Of a stretch of DNA of 64,000 nucleotides, positions 1-7,984 are shown piece after piece; within the stretch, counting starts at the first letter, position 1, and the number at the start of each line of letters is the position of its first letter. Origin of the DNA: Candidatus Woesearchaeota archaeon (GTDB lineage: Archaea > Nanobdellota > Nanobdellia > Woesearchaeales > WJKL01); NCBI GenBank assembly GCA_019322435.1, contig JAHWIR010000004.1, positions 48,604 through 112,603 of the forward strand, given 5' to 3'. The notes under the pieces were generated by a model that worked only from the letters and a program-made list of their open reading frames with translations, made no database searches and had not been told where the DNA came from. The translations under genes and the position numbers were made by a program.

Positions 1-1037
1 TTTTTCTTTGCATTCCTTATCTTTGCCCAATACATCTTCAGTATTCTTCCTGTTGGCTTGTATTCAGTGAACTTGTATTTCTGGTCTTTTGATACTGCAA
101 TACCTGCAGTCATCAAATTGTCAACATATCTAAGAAATCCCCAGTGCTGCCATCTTCTGATCCTTCCTTTGAAAACATCTGCTCTTGAAAGCTTGTCATA
201 GGCTCTTGCCAGGTCCTTTGGATTTGTGTATTCTTTTGGAAGATTCTCATCCAGCCATAAAAATCTCTGGTCAAAATCCTCTTCAACATTATTAAAAGCA
301 GAGACAGCTATCAAAGGGTCTTTTGTCTTGAATATCTTAAGTAAAGCATTGATTATGCTGTCTGTCTTGTTCCTTTCTGACAGCTCTTCAATAGCTTTCT
401 TGCTCACATCACCTAAAACAGCCAATATCTCCAGATCATTCACAGCTCCTCTTGCATCTCCTGCTGACCTTCTTGCCAAAGTTTTTATTGCATCTTCTTC
501 AAACTTGATTTTCTCCTTGATGCAGATGTTTTTTAAGATTTGAAAGATATCCTCAGCTTCCAATTCTTTAAATTGCAATAGTTCTGACTTGTTCCTTATT
601 GAAGAGAATTTATTGTTATATGGATTATTTGCAGTTATTATTATTGGGAATGAACTGTCAATAATAACTTTCACTAAAGCTGGAACACCTCCATAATCCT
701 TCCTTCCGCTGATACCATCCATTTCATCAATTAGGATTATCTTTCCTTTGCTAAATAAACTCATCTGTTGTGTTGCAGCGCCTGCAATAGAATTTATTTG
801 ATCTTTAGTTCTAAAATCAGATGCATTCATCTCAACAACTTCTAAATTTAATTCATTTGCTAATGCGTATACACTAGAAGTCTTTCCGCAGCCTGATGGT
901 CCGTGAAGAATAATAGCATTCTTTTTTTGCGCTTTGAAACTTTCTATGAATAACTTTAAAACAGCCATCTGGCTCTGCTGCGCTATAACATCTTTAATCT
1001 TTTCTGGACAATACTTACGAATGAATGGAACCCCCAT
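1..1037 (-). CDS. rfcL: Replication factor C large subunit, partial (C-terminus runs off window start)
   Basis: Minus-strand translation from ATG (revcomp of CAT at 1035-1037): MGVPFIRKYCPEK...ILHGPSGCGKTS (Walker A) ... ILIDEMDG (Walker B); matches archaeal RFC-L N-terminus (W/FxxKYxP). No stop before coordinate 1, so absent from the ORF track. Confidence 0.7.
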   Translation of the reverse strand, partial: MGVPFIRKYCPEKIKDVIAQQSQMAVLKLFIESFKAQKKNAIILHGPSGCGKTSSVYALANELNLEVVEMNASDFRTKDQINSIAGAATQQMSLFSKGKIILIDEMDGISGRKDYGGVPALVKVIIDSSFPIIITANNPYNNKFSSIRNKSELLQFKELEAEDIFQILKNICIKEKIKFEEDAIKTLARRSAGDARGAVNDLEILAVLGDVSKKAIEELSERNKTDSIINALLKIFKTKDPLIAVSAFNNVEEDFDQRFLWLDENLPKEYTNPKDLARAYDKLSRADVFKGRIRRWQHWGFLRYVDNLMTAGIAVSKDQKYKFTEYKPTGRILKMYWAKIRNAKK

Positions 1038-1401
1038 AACTTTACTGAGAATTTATCTTTATTTAAATTTTTCTTTACTCGCCCTGTTTTGCTGGAAGGA
1101 TTAGGTGGGCGAGGGATTATTCTCATCCTCATAAAACTATCAAGGAGATTTATATAGTTCTTTTATTTATTAGTAAATATGTATCCAAAACTGCATTACA
1201 ACAGAGAAAAGAAGAAAATCAATGGAAAAACCTATTATCATTATTTAGTCATTGGAAATCATGGTGTTTCTTCGACTTGGCTGGCTAATTCTCCAAAAAG
1301 CTTGGAAAAGCTTAAATAAATTAAACTTATTTTTAGTATAAAATGGATGAAAAAAGTAAAGGAGAATTTCATAAGAAATTAAGAGAATTCCACAATAGAT
1401 T

Positions 1402-1764
1402 TTGGCCGGCTCTTTTTTTGGCAACCTTTTTGCCATATTTACCTCAGTAAAAGGTATTGCAGGATTGGGTTGGTTTTTAAAGATTTTTCTAGCATTTATA
1501 GGAGGGGTATTTTTGAGAACTGTGCAAACAGTATTAGCAAGAAAATGGAAAACTTGGAAATTTGGACCCCCCATAGCAGGATTTTTAATACTATTATTAA
1601 TGAGTATGCCTTTTATTAATCTATTTTTGATGGAAATAAATTTTTTTAAACATTTTTTTAACTTATCTTTATTTGGGTTGATGGGTTATTTCTTAAGTGC
1701 AATGTGCCAAATTTATCTTGATTTATTTATAAATATATTTAAAGAAATAAAAGAATATAAATGA
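1402..1764 (+). CDS. hypothetical membrane protein
   Basis: Hydrophobic 120-aa ORF with multiple predicted TM helices; 4-bp overlap with the downstream RusA-like gene suggests an operon. A competing antisense ORF 1245-1574 makes it uncertain. Confidence 0.3.
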   Translation: MAGSFFGNLFAIFTSVKGIAGLGWFLKIFLAFIGGVFLRTVQTVLARKWKTWKFGPPIAGFLILLLMSMPFINLFLMEINFFKHFFNLSLFGLMGYFLSAMCQIYLDLFINIFKEIKEYK

Positions 1765-2144
1765 AAAAACCAATACTAATGAAAGTTGAAGGGACCCCTA
1801 GAACATGGGGTACTGGTAATTCTCAGATTGAATGGAGGAAAAGAATCAGGGATGAATGCAAAAAATACTACAAAAAACGCATAAAAATTAATAAGGAAGA
1901 CTACCTTGGAATAACAATCAGATTTTGTTTGAAAAAGATAAAAAATACTGATTTAGATAATTTAGCAAAGCCAGTTCTAGATACCATATGTTATATAAAA
2001 AGATGTCAAATTGGGGATAAGTCTTTAACTGGAACTCTATTTGATTGTGATGATAATAGGGTTCAAAACTTGATATTAAAAAAAGAACCAGCAGAAGGAG
2101 AGAAAGAATTTATAGAAATAAAGGCTTCAATAATGAAAAAATGA
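1761..2144 (+). CDS. RusA-like Holliday junction resolvase (endodeoxyribonuclease RusA family)
   Basis: 127 aa; motifs TDLDNLAKPVLDTI and DCDDNRVQNL match the RusA catalytic Asp cluster (E. coli RusA: RRDLDNL...DDAQV). Confidence 0.55.
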   Translation: MKKPILMKVEGTPRTWGTGNSQIEWRKRIRDECKKYYKKRIKINKEDYLGITIRFCLKKIKNTDLDNLAKPVLDTICYIKRCQIGDKSLTGTLFDCDDNRVQNLILKKEPAEGEKEFIEIKASIMKK

Positions 2145-2797
2145 TACGCGCAATAATCTTCGATTTAGACAACACATTAATAGATTTCTATAGGATGAAA
2201 AAGGAAAGCTGTGATAAAGCAATCCAGGCAATGAAACTTAAGATTTCAAAAGAAAAAGCCTGGGATATAATGTTTAATCTTTATATGAAAAAAGGATTAG
2301 AAGATCCTGTTATATTCCAGAAGTTTCTGAAAAAAGTTGAAGGCAAGGTTGATTATAAAAAATTAGGTTATGGAATCAATGCTTACAGAAGTGTAAGAGC
2401 TGGCTATTTGCATCCTTTTCCTGGAACAAAGAAAACATTAATTGCTTTGAAGAAAAAAGGCTTGAAATTAGCTATTGTCTCAGATGCTCCTAGATTAAAA
2501 GCCTGGCTTAGATTAACTGCAATGAAGCTTGATTCCTATTTTGATGTTGTCTTGACTGCTGAAGAAGTTGGAAGAGCAAAACCTTCCAGGCTGCCTTTCA
2601 GAAAAGCCCTGAAAGAGCTAAAAGTCAAGCCATCTGAAACATTAATGGTCGGCGACAGGCCCTCCAAAGACATAGTAGGAGCAAGACAAGTTGGCATCTT
2701 AACCTGCTTTGCCAGATACGGACATAAAAGGAAGAAAATTAGATATAAAGTTGATTATTCGATAGATAAGATTTCTGATTTGGTTAGGATTGTTTGA
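2141..2797 (+). CDS. HAD-superfamily hydrolase
   Basis: N-terminal IIFDLDNTLID (HAD motif I, DxDxT), later SDAP and GDRPSKD motifs; 218 aa. Confidence 0.8.
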   Translation: MIRAIIFDLDNTLIDFYRMKKESCDKAIQAMKLKISKEKAWDIMFNLYMKKGLEDPVIFQKFLKKVEGKVDYKKLGYGINAYRSVRAGYLHPFPGTKKTLIALKKKGLKLAIVSDAPRLKAWLRLTAMKLDSYFDVVLTAEEVGRAKPSRLPFRKALKELKVKPSETLMVGDRPSKDIVGARQVGILTCFARYGHKRKKIRYKVDYSIDKISDLVRIV

Positions 2798-2862
2798 TTT
2801 TGGCTAAGGTTTAAATAGTTCTAATAGTTTATGATTTCTAAGGGTGGACCCGTTAAGACAAA

Positions 2863-3450
2863 ATGGATTATGAAAAATTAAAAAAAGTTATTCTCGATAT
2901 GGAACTTGATGAAAGAAAAACAATTTACAAAATAAATGAAAACATAGAAATATTTGTCAATAAACCTTTAAAAGTTCCAACTAAATTAAAACAAAGTGCA
3001 AGATATGATCCTAAAAAGAACTTTCAAATAGGATTAAGAAAAAAGGGACAAAAAGAATTTCTTCCAAACCATCTTAGAATAATGATGGATTTGCAATTAA
3101 AAAAAGATGAAGATTCTAAAAAAGCAAAAATTTTATTTGAAATTATCGAAGATATATTTGAGGGCAAAGACCCTTTAAATTATAAGGAAGAATTAAACAA
3201 GATTAAATTTGAAAAAGGATTTGAAAATTCTTTGACAATTGTTTGTCTTGCACAACTTTTTTTCTTAGAACAAGATATTAATTATCATTTCGGTAAAGTA
3301 CAACCTCCTAGAGTATATCTTATGGGTTATATTCGTATGATTAGATTAGGAATAGATGAAATCGACAAAATGTTATGGAGCTCTACAAGACATCCTCCTA
3401 GAATGGAATTTAGATCTAAAGAATGTTTAAAACAAGAAAAACTAAGCTAA
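2863..3450 (+). CDS. hypothetical protein
   Basis: 195-aa ORF with Lys/Glu-rich codon usage typical of this window; no recognisable motif. Confidence 0.4.
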   Translation: MDYEKLKKVILDMELDERKTIYKINENIEIFVNKPLKVPTKLKQSARYDPKKNFQIGLRKKGQKEFLPNHLRIMMDLQLKKDEDSKKAKILFEIIEDIFEGKDPLNYKEELNKIKFEKGFENSLTIVCLAQLFFLEQDINYHFGKVQPPRVYLMGYIRMIRLGIDEIDKMLWSSTRHPPRMEFRSKECLKQEKLS

Positions 3451-4194
3451 TCTTTTCTTAGCAATTTTAATATATTTATCTTCTTTTTCTATACCAATAG
3501 AATTTCTACCCATCTTTTTAGCCATATAATTAGTTGTTCCAGAACCAGTAAAAGGATCTAATATTAAATCTCCTTTATTAGTACAAGCAAGAAGAATTCT
3601 TCTTAATAATTCTTCAGGTTTTTGAGTAGGGTGTACTCCATTTTCTTTTTCTTTCTTTGGAGTAAGCGGAATAGACCAAAGATTTCTTGTCTGTTTTCCT
3701 TTAGGATTGATTGAATCCTCTATTTTTTCTTTGGTTTCTGAATAATTAAATTTCCACCTTGCTTTTTTATCTCCATTCTTAACAGCCCAAATCAAATGTT
3801 CTGTACTTTCAGTAAACATCCTGCAAGAAATATTTGGTTGAGCATTAGGCTTGAACCAAACAATGCTATTATTAATTTTAACATCATCAAATTGTTGTAA
3901 GATTACACCTATCTGATAGATATTATGAAAAGATCCGCTAACCCATAAACTTCCACCAGGCTTTAAAATTCTCAAAGATTCAGAAATCCATTCTTTGTTA
4001 AACTTCAAAAATTCATCTTTACTAAACATATCCCATTCTTCTTGCATAGTAATATGTTTGCTATATTTCCATCCAAGACCTTGTTTCTTAGACATATTAT
4101 AAGGAGGATCAGCAAATACTAAATCTATAGAATTATCATCTATCTTCTTTAATTCTTCTAAACAATCTCCTTTTATAATTTTGTGTTTAGTCAT
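3442..4194 (-). CDS. DNA amino-methyltransferase (N6-adenine or N4-cytosine), beta class
   Basis: Motif IV FADPPYN near the N-terminus and motif I DPFTGSGTT near the C-terminus. This is the beta-class order of PF01555-type methylases. Confidence 0.85.
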   Translation of the reverse strand: MTKHKIIKGDCLEELKKIDDNSIDLVFADPPYNMSKKQGLGWKYSKHITMQEEWDMFSKDEFLKFNKEWISESLRILKPGGSLWVSGSFHNIYQIGVILQQFDDVKINNSIVWFKPNAQPNISCRMFTESTEHLIWAVKNGDKKARWKFNYSETKEKIEDSINPKGKQTRNLWSIPLTPKKEKENGVHPTQKPEELLRRILLACTNKGDLILDPFTGSGTTNYMAKKMGRNSIGIEKEDKYIKIAKKRLA

Positions 4195-4332
4195 CTATCC
4201 CCCTAAATAAAATTAAAACTAACTCATTTAAATACTTTGCGGGAGCATTTGTCCAGTGACCAGTGCTAAAACTAAATTTCCAAAAAACATTTATAAACTA
4301 TTTCGTTTTATTAATTGTAATCTTAAAATAAT

Positions 4333-4908
4333 ATGACATTTAAAAATTTATTATCAACCAAACAAGTATCCTCTATATTCTATTTCATAGTAGGATTAAT
4401 CTTGTTCTTAAGCAGGTCTATTCAAGATCCAAAATTTTTTTTGAGTTTAGCAGGTCTGAGTATGATGGCAATATCTGTAAATAATTTCTCCTATGAGTGT
4501 ATCAGAAAGAGAAAAATAGTAAATAGGTTTGAAAAAAATTATTATGATTCTGAAGGAGAAAAGAAAATAGCTGCATATTTTAAAAGAAAGAATGTTGCTT
4601 TTAAACACCACCCAACTGTTAAAGTAGATGTAGTTAAATATGGTTTGACTATTCCTTTTAAACGTTTAAAAATAGAACCAGATTTTTATCTTCCTGAATT
4701 TGATGTTTATGTAGAATATTGGGGTATGATTAATAATCCAGTTTATAAAAAAGAACAATACGATAAAAAGAAGAAATTATATGGTGATAATGATTTAGAT
4801 TTATTATCACTCTATCCCAAGAATCTAAACAATTTGGATTTTACTTTTACTTCTAAATTATTAGAAATTTTTAAAAAAAGAGAAGGTATACAAAGGAAAT
4901 ATAGGTAA
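4333..4908 (+). CDS. membrane-anchored protein with PD-(D/E)xK-like nuclease motif (candidate restriction endonuclease / Vsr-DUF559-like)
   Basis: N-terminal TM helices, then IEPDFYLPEFDVYVEYWG resembling the PD..(D/E)xK core of DUF559/Vsr-like endonucleases. Divergent from the adjacent MTase. Confidence 0.35.
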   Translation: MTFKNLLSTKQVSSIFYFIVGLILFLSRSIQDPKFFLSLAGLSMMAISVNNFSYECIRKRKIVNRFEKNYYDSEGEKKIAAYFKRKNVAFKHHPTVKVDVVKYGLTIPFKRLKIEPDFYLPEFDVYVEYWGMINNPVYKKEQYDKKKKLYGDNDLDLLSLYPKNLNNLDFTFTSKLLEIFKKREGIQRKYR

Positions 4909-5000
4909 TATCTTACAACTATTGAAATTTAGTGATTTTGCAAGTTGATGAACAGGAAGGGTTTTGTAGGGAATTGTTGAAAAATGCTTAAAATAAAAGT

Positions 5001-5519
5001 TTATTTGACTCCCCAGCTAGCTTTCTCATCTATAGTTCCTTCTTTGGAATATTTCAAATAAAATTCAGCTATACCATTTATAGCCTTTAAAAAGGTGTCA
5101 TTAACTTTTTTCATAGTTTCTATATCTAACTTTTGAATATCCTTAAGAGTCGTAAAACTTTTCCTTTTTCTTAATTGAACTGTTTTAAATTCTGGCATTT
5201 CTGATTGCCAATGAGCAATCCTGTTTCTAATTTCTTGAATGTATCTTACCGAAGACACTATATCTGATAATTTTTTATCATCAAACCCTTCCCATTTACA
5301 AATTTTCTTAAAAATATCAATCTTCTTTTCAAAACTAAGTTTTAGGATTATTGCATCATTCAAAAAAAAAGTCTTAGAATTTTGAGGCTTAACAAAATAA
5401 TTGGAAATAAAAAATTCTAACTGTGATTCTATGCTTATAGCCTTAACTAGAATTTGCCCAACAGCAATATTAAACTCCTTGACTTGTTCTTCAATCTTTT
5501 CAGGTTTGTATTCTTCCAT
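5001..5519 (-). CDS. HEPN-domain protein (Rx4-6H motif), candidate Abi/toxin-like
   Basis: 172 aa; the sequence IRNRIAHWQSE contains the RN-x-IAH (R-x4-H) signature of HEPN RNases. Confidence 0.45.
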   Translation of the reverse strand: MEEYKPEKIEEQVKEFNIAVGQILVKAISIESQLEFFISNYFVKPQNSKTFFLNDAIILKLSFEKKIDIFKKICKWEGFDDKKLSDIVSSVRYIQEIRNRIAHWQSEMPEFKTVQLRKRKSFTTLKDIQKLDIETMKKVNDTFLKAINGIAEFYLKYSKEGTIDEKASWGVK

Positions 5520-5606
5520 ATAAAAAGAAAATTAAAGTAATTTATAAATCTTCGTGAATAATTTTTTCCAATAACATTTATATATAATCTCAATTTAACA
5601 TCTATT

Positions 5607-5765
5607 ATGGCAAAAAAAGATATAATACAGTTTTATATTGGTTTAGCCCTAGCTCTTAGTTCAGCTGTTTGTATCTTTTTTGGAGTTTACCACCCAGGCT
5701 ATACTGCCGTTTCAATTGCTGGAATAGCATTGATTGCAACCTCAAAGTATAGGTTATTAAAATGA
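5607..5765 (+). CDS. small membrane protein (52 aa), below ORF-track cutoff
   Basis: ATG 5607 ... TGA 5763-5765: MAKKDIIQFYIGLALALSSAVCIFFGVYHPGYTAVSIAGIALIATSKYRLLK; ATGA overlap with the next ORF. Confidence 0.3.
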   Translation: MAKKDIIQFYIGLALALSSAVCIFFGVYHPGYTAVSIAGIALIATSKYRLLK

Positions 5766-5986
5766 TAGCAAAAATCTACCTTAAATGGATAATCGCGATA
5801 GCAGTTTTCCTTGTTCTTGTCGCTACTTATGAGATCATTGCATTGAACATTCAGATGAAAGAAGTAAAAACCGATATAGCAAACCAAAAAGGATTTTCTG
5901 ACCTGTTATATGACCCTGAAAACTTGGTAATCCTCCATGTCTCTGAAAGGCAGGATTATTGCAGGGACTATTTGAATATTTCTTGA
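5762..5986 (+). CDS. small membrane protein (74 aa)
   Basis: One clear TM helix (WIIAIAVFLVLVATYEIIAL); translationally coupled to the upstream small ORF. Confidence 0.35.
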   Translation: MIAKIYLKWIIAIAVFLVLVATYEIIALNIQMKEVKTDIANQKGFSDLLYDPENLVILHVSERQDYCRDYLNIS

Positions 5987-6017
5987 AAAATTATATTTAA
6001 ATTTTGTTAAAGAAAGA

Positions 6018-6383
6018 TTAATCATCAATCATCAGATAGGCTGATAAGGACAGGTCAGTTGCCCTGTCTATGATATCAAGATTTTGGACCAAAGCATAAT
6101 GTGCATTGTGTTTTGATGCAAAATCCTTTACTTGTCCAAAAAGTTTTATCAGGCCGTCAATTGCATTCTCTCCTGATGTTGTGAATGTAGTAAACCTGTA
6201 TTCTCCGCTGTACATCCTGATTACCGCAGCAGGTTTTCTGCTGTCCTCATCCCTCAGATGATACAGCAGGGTTTTGTTCTTATCCTCTATTCCAGGAATG
6301 GTTTTCCTAAGAAATTCCTCATCTGTATTTATCGCATAATAATCCCTATCATTCCCCAAAATTAGTATCTTTGGCTCTTCCAT
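6018..6383 (-). CDS. hypothetical protein
   Basis: 121-aa ORF, no recognisable motif. Confidence 0.4.
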   Translation of the reverse strand: MEEPKILILGNDRDYYAINTDEEFLRKTIPGIEDKNKTLLYHLRDEDSRKPAAVIRMYSGEYRFTTFTTSGENAIDGLIKLFGQVKDFASKHNAHYALVQNLDIIDRATDLSLSAYLMIDD

Positions 6384-6440
6384 ACAGCCTAATAATATTT
6401 CTAACTTTATAAAGCTGATTCTTTTAAAAAAATAAAAAAA

Positions 6441-6944
6441 TTAGATTGTGCTGCACTTCTCAACCTTGTAAGGAGGTTCTAGATGTGGGTTTTTCTGCCA
6501 AAGATAATAGATTCCCCAGCCTCTGCCTCTGTTGTAATAATACACTCCAAGCCTTGAAGTGACTTCTGCTCTGCCGTCAGTGCATAAGATATATCCGTCT
6601 CCCATGTGATACCCTCTTACATCTCCGTTGTCATATACAACGCTGTAGAATCCGCCTACATTCTTGTCTAGATATGAGGTATATCCTACAGCAGTTCCTG
6701 TGCACGGATCGGTCATTGTTCCTGATGCATGGAATTCACTTGCAACATTGGCTGTAGAAGTAGCAAGCCCGCCTGCAATCTTAGAGCACTGCTCATCTGG
6801 TATCTTCAGGTCATTATGGTCAACGACCATCCCTGTGATGTTGTTCGAACTGGAGACAAGAACAGCAGCAGCGATCGCAAATATCGTGACAATCGCAACA
6901 ATAGCAAGAATCTCAATCTCTCTTTTTTTCATGTTTAAGATCAC
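6441..6944 (-). CDS. secreted/membrane-anchored Gly/Tyr-rich protein with N-terminal signal-anchor (possibly pilin-like)
   Basis: MKKREIEILAIVAIVTIFAIAAAVLV hydrophobic N-terminus after a basic stretch, then a Cys/Gly/Tyr-rich extracellular region. Confidence 0.5.
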   Translation of the reverse strand: MILNMKKREIEILAIVAIVTIFAIAAAVLVSSSNNITGMVVDHNDLKIPDEQCSKIAGGLATSTANVASEFHASGTMTDPCTGTAVGYTSYLDKNVGGFYSVVYDNGDVRGYHMGDGYILCTDGRAEVTSRLGVYYYNRGRGWGIYYLWQKNPHLEPPYKVEKCSTI

Positions 6945-7010
6945 CTCTGAGGATATATTTTAATTTATTATATTTAATTATTTGCTTTTTTTTACTCTAA
7001 GAATAAGCAA

Positions 7011-7445
7011 CTAAATACCTTCTTCAATCTCTTTAACCAACCCATCATAATTCTCCCTTGCAACAACAGAAAAGCTTACATCTAATTCTTCTATAATATC
7101 ATTAAGAATCTTAAAGCCTTTATTATGGGGAAGTATTGTATTAACTGTTATGCTCCTCTTGCCCTCTTTGATATTTGAAATAGCAGCATAATGAAATCCT
7201 CCATGAAAAACAGAAAATCCCATATACGTGGTATATTTTGCATCTCTGTCTCTACTTACAACATTCTTCTTATTACCATATCCTTTTGACTTAAAGCCAA
7301 TAAACCAAACTTTAGCATAATTATCAACTATCTTTTCTATTGCTTCAGCATCAGAATTAGTAGCTTCAAAAAAAAGCATTTCAATTCTTCTTCTCTTCCC
7401 AGGACTCTCTCTATAGATATGATCTAATTCCATTTTAAAAAGCAA
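7011..7445 (-). CDS. hypothetical protein
   Basis: 144-aa ORF; no motif recognised. Confidence 0.4.
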   Translation of the reverse strand: MLFKMELDHIYRESPGKRRRIEMLFFEATNSDAEAIEKIVDNYAKVWFIGFKSKGYGNKKNVVSRDRDAKYTTYMGFSVFHGGFHYAAISNIKEGKRSITVNTILPHNKGFKILNDIIEELDVSFSVVARENYDGLVKEIEEGI

Positions 7446-7500
7446 AGAATAAGTAATTTATAAACCTTCGTCAATTAGAGGGTGAGTAAAGAATTAACTT

Positions 7501-7941
7501 TTAGTGGTAAAACTCACTCCAATCAACATTTTTGGATTCTAAATAATCTTTTAAGAATTCGAAACTATTTCTCCCAAAATTCCTTAACTTTGTCACACCT
7601 CTAAACTTATGCTCTCTCAAATAATTAATTAAATCATCATAAGTCCTTATATTTACCTGAGATAAACAACCACATACTCGAGTAGCAAGTTTAGGCCCTT
7701 TTCCTTTATTTCTTTCATCATCAAATTTCTTAATATCTGGATATAATTTTGTGCCTGGTCTAAAAATGGGTCTTAAATCAGCATCTACTAGTATATTCTC
7801 TAGACCATCCAACAACTTATGTCTTACTTGCTCATCATCTATCTCTGGTTTTAAAATTTCTGCATCATACTTTTTTATAATCTTTTTTATTCCTTCACTC
7901 ATTATATTAAAGATAAGATAAGTTAATTTAAAAACATTCAC
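7501..7941 (-). CDS. hypothetical protein (possible HhH-type nucleic-acid-binding C-terminus)
   Basis: 146-aa ORF; the C-terminal GVTKLRNFGRNSFEFL resembles a helix-hairpin-helix. Confidence 0.35.
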   Translation of the reverse strand: MNVFKLTYLIFNIMSEGIKKIIKKYDAEILKPEIDDEQVRHKLLDGLENILVDADLRPIFRPGTKLYPDIKKFDDERNKGKGPKLATRVCGCLSQVNIRTYDDLINYLREHKFRGVTKLRNFGRNSFEFLKDYLESKNVDWSEFYH

Positions 7942-7984
7942 CTTTCCACAACCTTTAAATATATTCTATTTACTATGGAGTATA

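Noticed and set aside
226-543. 105-aa plus-strand ORF
   Set aside because: It lies entirely antisense within the well-supported rfcL coding region and has low-complexity Ser/Leu-rich composition typical of antisense artefacts.
1245-1574. 109-aa minus-strand ORF
   Set aside because: It overlaps the plus-strand membrane ORF 1402-1764, which is operon-linked to the RusA-like gene. Neither is strong, and the plus-strand ORF is preferred on context.
5699-5887. 62-aa minus-strand ORF
   Set aside because: It overlaps the two ATGA-coupled plus-strand micro-ORFs and has no motif; it is likely spurious.
6664-6963. plus-strand ORFs antisense to 6441-6944
   Set aside because: Antisense to a better-supported signal-anchor protein gene.
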